Source: Candidatus Thorarchaeota archaeon (GTDB lineage Archaea > Asgardarchaeota > Thorarchaeia > Thorarchaeales > Thorarchaeaceae). From it: 64,000 nucleotides of DNA. The stretch covers positions 1 to 64,000 of the forward strand of contig JAFGAR010000088.1 in assembly GCA_016933575.1 (NCBI GenBank), given 5' to 3'. The notes beneath the pieces are model-generated. The model did not search any database. It was not told the DNA's origin and saw only the letters and a program-made list of their open reading frames with translations. The position numbers and the translations under genes are program-made. Positions 1-7,838 of this stretch are shown in pieces. The first letter of the stretch is position 1; the number at the start of each line of letters is the position of its first letter.

Positions 1-2
1 AG

Positions 3-2438
3 AACGAACATGTAGATGCTATTTCAAAGATGAAATTTGAGAGCATAATACCTGATCTTAGAAGAGTCTTCCTTCATGCAATGGAACTCAAAATTGACAG
101 AATTACAGATACCAAGGGCAAATCTCTCAAGTTTGAGATGATACCTGATGAACAGGCAATGTTTGTTGATTTGAAAGAACCCCTCAAGGAGAATGGAATT
201 GAAGAGCTCACCTTTTCATACACAATAGATCACCCACGTACAGGGTTGTTCTTTACCAATCCATGTCCGGAGTTTCCAGATATAGAAACTAGTGCTTGGA
301 CTCAGATGCAGGACGACTATGCTCGATATTGTTTCCCAATCTACGATAATCCTAGCCACAAGTTTCCAACTGAAACAATAATTACAGTACCGCAGGGCTT
401 CTTTGCAATGAGCAATGGATACTTGAAAAAGAGCGAGAAGAATGATAATGGAACAGAGACTTTCCACTGGGTTCAGGAGAAACCAATTCCTGCGTATCTC
501 ATTACAGTAGCTGCATCAGAGTATAACGAGTACAAAGAAGATCTAGACGGTCTCGAAGTTAGTTACTATGTTCACAAGAGATGGGACAAAGACACTGTCT
601 ACCGCTCCTTTGGTAAGACTCCTAAGATGATCAAGTTCTTTGAAACAAAATTAGGAGTCAAATACCCATGGGCAAAATATGCACAAGTCACAGCAGCCAA
701 TTTTCTGATTGGTGGCATGGAGAATGTAAGCGCAACAACTCAGACTGATGGTACCCTACACGATGAAAAAGCGCATAGGGATATTGATTCGGATGGATTG
801 GTAGCCCATGAACTGGCACATATGTGGGGTGGCGATCTTGTGACCTGTAGAACCTGGTCGCATGGCTGGCTGAATGAGGGATGGGGTACTCAGATGCAAA
901 ATGAGTGGAAACGTCATGACAAAGGAGATGAGGAATATCTCTATGACCAGTATGGAAAACAGCAGTCCTACTTCAATGAAGACAAAAATCGATATCGTCG
1001 ACCCATTGTGAAAAACGAATGGGAGCGAGGTTCAGATGTATTTGACGCTCACCTTTACCCCGGTGCTGCATGGAGATACTATATGCTCAGACATCTTGTT
1101 GGTGAAGAGCGATGGTGGAAGATTCTCGGTGAGTGGCTGACAAGATTCGGGTACAAATCAGCCTATACGCACGACCTTGAGAGTCTGTTCACCGAGATGA
1201 CTGGTGAAGACTACGGATGGTTCTTTGATCAATGGTTATACAAGGCAGGATACCCGGAGTGTAAAATTAAGGTGTCCCATGATGAAAAACTGGGGCATGT
1301 CCATATCAAAGTAGAACAGACACAGAATGATGAGGATAGAATTACGCCTAAGGTGTTTCAATTCCCATTGACTGTGGAATTTGTGGATGAAAAGGGAGTA
1401 CGAACCCGCTACACAGTTCAGGTCAACGAACGAGTTCAGGGATTCTACTATCCTGTGAAGGATAAGCCAATACAGGTAATTATCGACCCGGATTATGCAA
1501 CACTGATGGACTGGAATATAGAGAAACCAGAGCCAATGTGGATTGAACAACTACATAATGGAACAAACACAATCCAAAAAATCAAAGCCGCACAGGCGCT
1601 AGGGAAGAAGGCAACGCCAAAGGCTGTAGAAGCACTTGGAACTGCTCTCATTAAGGATAAGTTTTGGGGCACACAATCAGAGATTGCTAAGGTCTTGGGA
1701 TCACTTAAGTCAGAACCCGCACTAAACTGGCTTCTTAAAGCTACAAAAATCAAAGATACCAAGGCTAGGACTGCAGTAGCACGGGCCCTTGGGCAGTTCT
1801 ATAGGAATGACAGGGCATTTGATACTTTGAAGAAGTTACTTGATGATATGGAGAGCTATTTTGTTGTAGCCGCAGCTGCTGCCTCGATTGGAAAGACTCA
1901 ACATGAAGCAGCTTTTGAAACACTAACGAAGTTTCTATCAAATTGTCCCGCAAGTTGGCACGATGTGATTAAGATTGGTTGTTTGGAGGGTCTAACAGCA
2001 ATAGAAAAGGAAGAGGTCATTGATATTGTTGTGAAATATTTAGATCTTGGAACCAGTGATTGGATTAGACGGATGATTCCAAATATGCTTGCAAGTCTTG
2101 GGAAGCGATACAAGAAAGAACACCCAGAGATTAAGTCAGTTCTAGAGAGACATCTCTTTGATAATTCCTATCGGGTCCAATATTTGACAATCTCAGCAGC
2201 ATCAACTTATGAAGATGCTACATTGATTCCCACCTTATCGAAACTTGCTGAGAGAGCAGCAGAGAGTGGAATTGTAAGGGGGTGCAGAGTAGCTATTCGA
2301 AGTCTCAGTATGAAGAAGGAGCCACAGAAGATAGAGTCTCTGCAGAAAAGTATTGAAGATCTTGAAAAGGAGAATAGGGACCTTAAGGACCGATTGGACA
2401 AGATAGAGGCGATACTTGAGAAGAAAGATGAGAAATAA
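3..2438 (+). CDS. M1 family zinc aminopeptidase with C-terminal HEAT repeats and coiled coil (5'-truncated by window edge)
   Basis: GGMEN exopeptidase motif, HELAH-x18-E zinc motif, HEAT-like repeats (AAQALG, IAKVLG, VARALG); frame stays open upstream of ATG 30 to the window start. Confidence 0.9.
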   Translation, partial: NEHVDAISKMKFESIIPDLRRVFLHAMELKIDRITDTKGKSLKFEMIPDEQAMFVDLKEPLKENGIEELTFSYTIDHPRTGLFFTNPCPEFPDIETSAWTQMQDDYARYCFPIYDNPSHKFPTETIITVPQGFFAMSNGYLKKSEKNDNGTETFHWVQEKPIPAYLITVAASEYNEYKEDLDGLEVSYYVHKRWDKDTVYRSFGKTPKMIKFFETKLGVKYPWAKYAQVTAANFLIGGMENVSATTQTDGTLHDEKAHRDIDSDGLVAHELAHMWGGDLVTCRTWSHGWLNEGWGTQMQNEWKRHDKGDEEYLYDQYGKQQSYFNEDKNRYRRPIVKNEWERGSDVFDAHLYPGAAWRYYMLRHLVGEERWWKILGEWLTRFGYKSAYTHDLESLFTEMTGEDYGWFFDQWLYKAGYPECKIKVSHDEKLGHVHIKVEQTQNDEDRITPKVFQFPLTVEFVDEKGVRTRYTVQVNERVQGFYYPVKDKPIQVIIDPDYATLMDWNIEKPEPMWIEQLHNGTNTIQKIKAAQALGKKATPKAVEALGTALIKDKFWGTQSEIAKVLGSLKSEPALNWLLKATKIKDTKARTAVARALGQFYRNDRAFDTLKKLLDDMESYFVVAAAAASIGKTQHEAAFETLTKFLSNCPASWHDVIKIGCLEGLTAIEKEEVIDIVVKYLDLGTSDWIRRMIPNMLASLGKRYKKEHPEIKSVLERHLFDNSYRVQYLTISAASTYEDATLIPTLSKLAERAAESGIVRGCRVAIRSLSMKKEPQKIESLQKSIEDLEKENRDLKDRLDKIEAILEKKDEK

Positions 2439-2532
2439 GAGGTGATGGAAGGGCGGGGAAGAACCCGCCATTCAAAGCAGTACAGGATAGTCCTGTCCGC
2501 TCATCTTGCAGTTGTCGGTACTTCCATCATGA

Positions 2533-3087
2533 TTAGATTCGGTGGATACGACCTACCTGTGCAAAAACAATTACATCATCACCAAGAGTGAGTCTTCCCT
2601 TCATGAAAAGTCGTGGTCCATATTCCTGTGTACGATAGACCCGACCCACAAACTCGAGACCACCTAAATTGCTGTCAGAGTCAGTCACATTGATTCTAAA
2701 TCCGAAAATAGCTGTACTATTGACGGTTTCATCATTTGAACAACGGGTAAAACCAACGCCATCGGAAAAGGCGAATACTGAGCCATTCAAAGAGAACATG
2801 CCAGCATGTACTTCAAACAGCACAACACGAACACCCTGACGGACTATAGAGAAATCAAGCTCCATTCTAGTCTGATAATTAACAATAAAGTCTTCTCTGG
2901 TTTCTGTTTGTACACCACCACGACCTCGAGCATAAATTTGGAAAGAGTCCCCAATACTGGCGGTGGCAGCAGCAGGGGACTCTAGTATTGTTGCAGCATC
3001 AACTGATGTTGTCAGTAGTGGTATTGCAACAATGAAGGTGAGGACCAAAGCTGAAGTGAGTGTCAATATTTTCTTGGCATGCTTCAT
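2533..3087 (-). CDS. Secreted/membrane-anchored hypothetical protein (beta-rich)
   Basis: ORF 2533..3156; start at 3087 (MKHAKK + hydrophobic stretch + VDA) gives a signal peptide and lies downstream of a TATA-like box at about 3112-3124. Confidence 0.65.
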   Translation of the reverse strand: MKHAKKILTLTSALVLTFIVAIPLLTTSVDAATILESPAAATASIGDSFQIYARGRGGVQTETREDFIVNYQTRMELDFSIVRQGVRVVLFEVHAGMFSLNGSVFAFSDGVGFTRCSNDETVNSTAIFGFRINVTDSDSNLGGLEFVGRVYRTQEYGPRLFMKGRLTLGDDVIVFAQVGRIHRI

Positions 3088-3143
3088 GTTTTGCACAAGA
3101 CAGATGATGTATTTTGAATATAAAGGCAGAATGAACGATAGTA

Positions 3144-3160
3144 CTAGATGATTCATCTAG
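3144..3160. promoter_or_regulatory. Palindromic operator candidate CTAGATGA-T-TCATCTAG
   Basis: Perfect 8-1-8 inverted repeat in a divergent intergenic region; near-copy at 3224-3240. Confidence 0.55.
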
Positions 3161-3223
3161 AAGAAATATCCGCATTAGAGGTGGATTTGAGCCAAGATTA
3201 TATCACCGAATTAGCCAAAAGTC

Positions 3224-3240
3224 ATAGATGAATCATCCAT
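3224..3240. promoter_or_regulatory. Second operator copy ATAGATGA-A-TCATCCAT
   Basis: Same GATGAwTCATC core, one mismatch from a perfect palindrome. Confidence 0.5.
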
Positions 3241-3284
3241 TATCAATAAGACCAATGTCAACAAGAATAGGATAGGCGTCACCC

Positions 3285-3902
3285 ATGCAAGGAGAACTCA
3301 TGATTATTCGATTGGATCTGATCTTTGAAATGATTAGTGGAATAATCGCTCTCATGGTGACCTACTATGCAACTAAGGCATATCGCTTGACGGGACAGAA
3401 GAGACTCTCGGATCTCTCCACGGGTTTCCTCGTCCTCTCCGCAGGCATGTTTGGGAGAGTTGTAGGTACTTGGTATTTTCTAGTGAGAGAGCCTAGTACT
3501 GTCATATTTGGAATAGTCACTGTAGCATATGGCGTATCCAGAATCATGGCATACATCATCTTTGTTGTATCTACAAGACCTACACATAGGCAACCAGAGG
3601 AACAAAACGCCAATCAGATTAGCATGTTACTAATGGCAACATTTCTAGTGGAACCATCTCTTGAGATAGTTGCAATACTAGTCTTGATTATAGTTGTTCT
3701 ACAGGCTATTATCAATTATATGGCAACAAGAAGCAGGTATGCACGATATGTTTTGGCTGGATTCTTCTTGCTTCTAATGAGTCATATCATGATGGCGCAG
3801 GTGGAAGCAGCTCCAGGGCTCTATCTCTTAAGTCAAGGCGCGCAGTTTCTTGGATTCTTGTTTCTATTGGTCATGCTCTATCAGGCAGGCCGAAATGTAT
3901 GA
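3285..3902 (+). CDS. Multi-pass (about 6-7 TM) membrane protein, possible sensor
   Basis: Alternating hydrophobic helices; 4-nt ATGA overlap with the downstream wHTH gene. Confidence 0.7.
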   Translation: MQGELMIIRLDLIFEMISGIIALMVTYYATKAYRLTGQKRLSDLSTGFLVLSAGMFGRVVGTWYFLVREPSTVIFGIVTVAYGVSRIMAYIIFVVSTRPTHRQPEEQNANQISMLLMATFLVEPSLEIVAILVLIIVVLQAIINYMATRSRYARYVLAGFFLLLMSHIMMAQVEAAPGLYLLSQGAQFLGFLFLLVMLYQAGRNV

Positions 3903-4192
3903 GTAAGAAACGACCGTATCGCTCAAAGATGCGCATACTAGCTGACATGATGCGCGCTATTCAGAGTGAGGGTGATGAAGGTGCTGGGCCTACCAAGATA
4001 CTTTATGCAGCCAATCTATCCCATGATAGGCTGACCCAATATTTAGAGGAACTCATCGAAAAAGAACTCATAGATGAGATTGACCCTGAAAGTACCAATA
4101 GATCATATCTCTTAACTGAGAAGGGGAGAGAGTTCCTAAGGGAATTCATACGGATTGAACGCTTCTCCGAGGCGTTTGGAATAGAAATCTAA
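3899..4192 (+). CDS. Winged helix-turn-helix transcriptional regulator (archaeal type)
   Basis: RSKMRILADM...TKILYAANLS...YLEEL...YLLTEKGREFL pattern. Confidence 0.85.
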   Translation: MSKKRPYRSKMRILADMMRAIQSEGDEGAGPTKILYAANLSHDRLTQYLEELIEKELIDEIDPESTNRSYLLTEKGREFLREFIRIERFSEAFGIEI

Positions 4193-4244
4193 TACTGCTA
4201 ATCAGACAAGGTTTTAAGAATACTTTTTGGAAAAGCTTCTCAAT

Positions 4245-4319
4245 GGGCCGGTAGATCAGCGGCAGATCGTCTGATTCGCATTCAGAAGGTCGGGGGTTCA
4301 ATTCCCCCCCGGTCCACCA
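4245..4319 (+). tRNA. tRNA-Ala(CGC), intronless, CCA encoded
   Basis: Cloverleaf: acceptor GGGCCGG/CCGGTCC with G3:U70, D stem GATC/GATC, anticodon arm TCTGA-TT-CGC-AT-TCAGA, T arm GGGGG-TTCAATT-CCCCC. Confidence 0.95.
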
Positions 4320-5506
4320 TTTCGTTTCTTGGTCTTGATGGTCAGAAGCAATATTAATGCAGCAAATGAGAGGATTATGGAATACAGGAAAGCTGTATGA
4401 GGATTGAATGAATCCCAAAGGAACCCAATGATTAGTCCTGCAGGAAATGCAGCTATGCCAACAACCATCTGAAATGCACCAATGATGCTTGCACGACGCT
4501 CTTCTTCTACCAGGTCTGCAACAAAGCTTGTCTGAACAGGATCTAGAGCACCATTCATCAGACCGAAGAATATGAAGAGAGGGATTATTGTCAACATGTC
4601 CATCGTGAACGAGAATGCCCATAACGATGTCAGAATCAAGAAAAGAAAAGCTGCTATCAAGATTGGTTTTCGACCGACTCTATCTGAAGCTCTACCAAAG
4701 GGATAGGCTGTGGCAGCATACACAAATGTAAATAGAAGATAGAGGAGTGTTTGGTGTTCGACAGTGTACCCAAAAGAAGCAGAATAGAGAATCAATAGAG
4801 AATAACTGAATGTCGCAAGTGCAAAGAGTACAGAAGCTATGAGAAAGATCACCAGATTACTATCAAGGCCACGGAAACTAATACCTTTGAACACATCCTT
4901 TCCCCGTTTTTCTTTTATCAGTACTGAAACGACGATAACAGAACCAAGACTTGGAATAACAGCTAGAAGTATAATTCCAGTATAACCAAGATAAGCGAAG
5001 AGCAAGAAGGTGATTATTGTACCTATAACTGCACCAGCTGTATCGAGTGCTCGTAGCACGCCAAAAGCTCGACCCCGCTTTTTCTCAGTGGCATGTGCTG
5101 CAACAATTGCATCTCGTGGTGGCCCACGCATCTTACCAAGACGGTCCATGGATTTCCAGAGGATGATTTGAAAGAGCTGGTAACCAAGTGTTGCTAGTAT
5201 AAAACCAATTCTGGCTGCAGCTGATAATGTATATCCCAGAGTGATGAAAGATTTTCGTTTGCCACTTTTATCAGATGCATAGCCTGCCCCAAGTTTTGAT
5301 AGTGAAGTAATCATAAGAGCCAGACCATCGACAATCTGCACTTGGCCGGGACTGATACCAAGCTGAGTGGTGAGAAAAGTTGGCCAGATGGGAGCAATCA
5401 TGTCAGAACCAGCATCATTGAGAAAAGATGCTGTCCCAAGAATCAAGGCAGGATTTCTTTCTGATTCTTCATGTTCAATCTTTGATTCATCGACCGTTGT
5501 ACACAC
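4298..5506 (-). CDS. MFS transporter
   Basis: About 12 TM; motif A twice (GYASDKSGKRK, GRASDRVGRK). Confidence 0.9.
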   Translation of the reverse strand: MCTTVDESKIEHEESERNPALILGTASFLNDAGSDMIAPIWPTFLTTQLGISPGQVQIVDGLALMITSLSKLGAGYASDKSGKRKSFITLGYTLSAAARIGFILATLGYQLFQIILWKSMDRLGKMRGPPRDAIVAAHATEKKRGRAFGVLRALDTAGAVIGTIITFLLFAYLGYTGIILLAVIPSLGSVIVVSVLIKEKRGKDVFKGISFRGLDSNLVIFLIASVLFALATFSYSLLILYSASFGYTVEHQTLLYLLFTFVYAATAYPFGRASDRVGRKPILIAAFLFLILTSLWAFSFTMDMLTIIPLFIFFGLMNGALDPVQTSFVADLVEEERRASIIGAFQMVVGIAAFPAGLIIGFLWDSFNPHTAFLYSIILSFAALILLLTIKTKKRNGGPGGN

Positions 5507-5609
5507 ACCAGACGAGTGAGGAGTATATGTGACTCTTATCTTGATTGGTTATTATGGCGAGATTCTACAGATAGAAAATAATTTAACTATAGTGAAAGTA
5601 GTACTCCAT

Positions 5610-6002
5610 ATGGTAGATGTGTTGCGTAAAGAAGTCTCGTATTCTTTTGACGAGACTGTAAAAAGAGTAGAAGAAGCGTGCAAGAGTGAAGGATTTGGTC
5701 TTTTACTGACTAAAGGACTCGATTCGGTCTTCAAGGAAAAGCTGGGAGTGGAACACTCACGATATACGTTCATCTTGGCTTGCGCACCAGAACTAGCAAA
5801 AATGGCATTAGATGCATCAAAAGATGTAGGAACGCTTTTTCCATGCAGTTTTGTTGTCTATGAAGATAATGACAAAATTATTGTTGCCCATACATCGATT
5901 ATGAAAGTAGCCGCTGATGTTGGACTCGCTTCAGAGAGATCGATGGCCTCAGTAATTGAAGAAACTGGAAAAAGAGTTCGAAAAGTATGGGAAAAAATCT
6001 GA
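5610..6002 (+). CDS. DUF302 domain protein
   Basis: SFDETV..VEEA....GFG, ILAC.P, G.LFPC.FVVYE pattern; ATG 5610 preferred over GTG 5529. Confidence 0.8.
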   Translation: MVDVLRKEVSYSFDETVKRVEEACKSEGFGLLLTKGLDSVFKEKLGVEHSRYTFILACAPELAKMALDASKDVGTLFPCSFVVYEDNDKIIVAHTSIMKVAADVGLASERSMASVIEETGKRVRKVWEKI

Positions 6003-6049
6003 AAGTCTTATTTGATACCCAATAATTACTTGATTGAGAGCAGAAAATC

Positions 6050-6823
6050 ATGCAGGATAAGATACGAAACCAGTGGGAAAAAAATGCAGAGGCCTTTTCA
6101 GATCTCATTGCAGGAATTGGGACGCCACATCATAGAAGCATACTGAATCCGTGTGTGGAAGAGCTCGTAGGTGATGTTAGGAATAAGAAACTACTTGATG
6201 CTGGTTGTGGTGAGGGCTATCTTTCTCGATACTATGCTCAGAAGGGAGCAAAAGTAACTGGAATTGATCTATCAGAGCGCTTGATTAAAACTTCTCAAAG
6301 ATTGGCTGAAGGTGCAAATTATATTGTGACCTATAGGGCTGACGATATCTGTCACCTTGAGTCAGTTACCAATGATGAGTTTGATATTGTTTTGTCCAAT
6401 CTTGTTCTTCTGAATATCCCCTGCCTTGAATCTGCTCTTAGAGAATATCATCGTGTTCTCAAGAGGGGCGGACACTTAGTTTTCTCAATTGTACATCCAG
6501 CATTCAATTTCTATGGACCAGGTTCGTGGGAGATGGGGGAAAAAGATCCAGAATCTGGTAGAAGACAGGGGCTATACTTCAAAGTAGACAATTACTTTGA
6601 TGAGAAAGAGTATGAACGGTATTGGAAGACTCGAAAAGGGGAGGATTTCCCAGCTCCAATTAGCTTCTTTCACAGGACTCTTAGTACCTATCTGAATGCC
6701 CTTGTAAAAGCAGGTTTTAGTATCACAGAATTCAGAGAACCACTGCCAATTGATAATGATGAGTTCTTCAACCGCGAGATGAGGATTCCTTTCTTTGTGG
6801 TAATCAAGGCAGAAAAAACATAG
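6050..6823 (+). CDS. Class I SAM-dependent methyltransferase
   Basis: LLDAGCGEG motif I, GIDLS, FDIV, LKRGG. Confidence 0.9.
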   Translation: MQDKIRNQWEKNAEAFSDLIAGIGTPHHRSILNPCVEELVGDVRNKKLLDAGCGEGYLSRYYAQKGAKVTGIDLSERLIKTSQRLAEGANYIVTYRADDICHLESVTNDEFDIVLSNLVLLNIPCLESALREYHRVLKRGGHLVFSIVHPAFNFYGPGSWEMGEKDPESGRRQGLYFKVDNYFDEKEYERYWKTRKGEDFPAPISFFHRTLSTYLNALVKAGFSITEFREPLPIDNDEFFNREMRIPFFVVIKAEKT

Positions 6824-6883
6824 ATTATTGCCACGCCTAAAGCCTTTTTCCACTACTCATGAAATACAAGTTAGGTGTTTTGA

Positions 6884-7318
6884 ATGAGCGATGATCCTGT
6901 ATATTTTCCAGTCAGACTCAATTGGATAGGTGGAAAATCTGGCGAACTCACTGTGACGGGAAAGGCAATAATCAAGACAGGGACACGTACATTAGATTCT
7001 GAGGAAATCAGATACCATTCCCCAGAAGACCTGTTTGTAGCATCTGCAACAGTTTGCTATATGAATGGCTTCATCAATTTCACGAAGAAGATGCGTATTG
7101 AGTTCAAATCCTTTGAGTGTAATGCTGTTGGAATTTTGGAGAAGATAGATCGCAGTTTCGAGATAACAAAGATAGAAATGAGTGCAAAGGTTGGAATTGA
7201 AACTGAGGACCTTCGAAACAGGATTAGTCGTGCTCTTGATTTAGCAGCCAAGTATTGTTACGTGGGAAATAGCATGAAGTGTTCAATCACTCATCAAACA
7301 GATATCTTTGTAGAATAA
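6884..7318 (+). CDS. OsmC/Ohr family protein (copy 1)
   Basis: SPEDLFVASATVC and KYCYVGNS two-Cys motifs. Confidence 0.85.
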   Translation: MSDDPVYFPVRLNWIGGKSGELTVTGKAIIKTGTRTLDSEEIRYHSPEDLFVASATVCYMNGFINFTKKMRIEFKSFECNAVGILEKIDRSFEITKIEMSAKVGIETEDLRNRISRALDLAAKYCYVGNSMKCSITHQTDIFVE

Positions 7319-7375
7319 ATCGTTGGAACCAAATCTTTTTTCCTAGACTGGATCAAAGGAAGTTAGGTAATCGAG

Positions 7376-7810
7376 ATGAGTGAAGAGTCACATGAATATC
7401 TTGTCAAGATAGATTGGTCACATGATCGAGTCGGAGAGATGAGTGTAGAAGGAAAGCCGAAGATTCAGGTTGCTACACCTCCGGAATTCGAAGGGCCCGA
7501 GGGAATCATCTCTCCAGAGGACCTATTTGTAGCAGCTGCAGCTTCTTGTTTAATGACGACCTTCGTCACTTTTACGAAGAAAATGCATATCGAGTTCAAG
7601 TCTTTCACATGTAATGGTCATGGAACCCTTGAGAAGGTTGACAAGGGATTCCAGTTCACCAAGATTCTTTTGAAGACACGAGTAATGGTGGAATCGGAGG
7701 ATCTCGTGCCTAAGGCAGAGAGAGCATTAGAACTTGCAGGTAAGTATTGCCTTGTTTCTAATAGTATGAAGTGCACAACTGAACATGAGAATGAAGTTAT
7801 CGTTAGATAA
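7376..7810 (+). CDS. OsmC/Ohr family protein (copy 2)
   Basis: PPEFEG, SPEDLFVAAAASC, KYCLVSNS. Confidence 0.9.
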   Translation: MSEESHEYLVKIDWSHDRVGEMSVEGKPKIQVATPPEFEGPEGIISPEDLFVAAAASCLMTTFVTFTKKMHIEFKSFTCNGHGTLEKVDKGFQFTKILLKTRVMVESEDLVPKAERALELAGKYCLVSNSMKCTTEHENEVIVR

Positions 7811-7815
7811 GAGAC

Positions 7816-7838
7816 TCGGGCTGCAAGGAGCAGCCCGA
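7816..7838. terminator. Hairpin between convergent osmC and valS
   Basis: 9-bp stem TCGGGCTGC/GCAGCCCGA. Confidence 0.55.

Noticed and set aside
3-2438. TAF2-like inactive aminopeptidase (M1 fold + HEAT)
   Set aside because: GGMEN and HEXXH-x18-E are intact, so an ordinary active M1 peptidase is the simpler call
2471-2505. SECIS-like AUGA...UGA stem on the minus strand
   Set aside because: No apical AA motif, the core does not stack on the helix, and the upstream gene has no in-frame TGA
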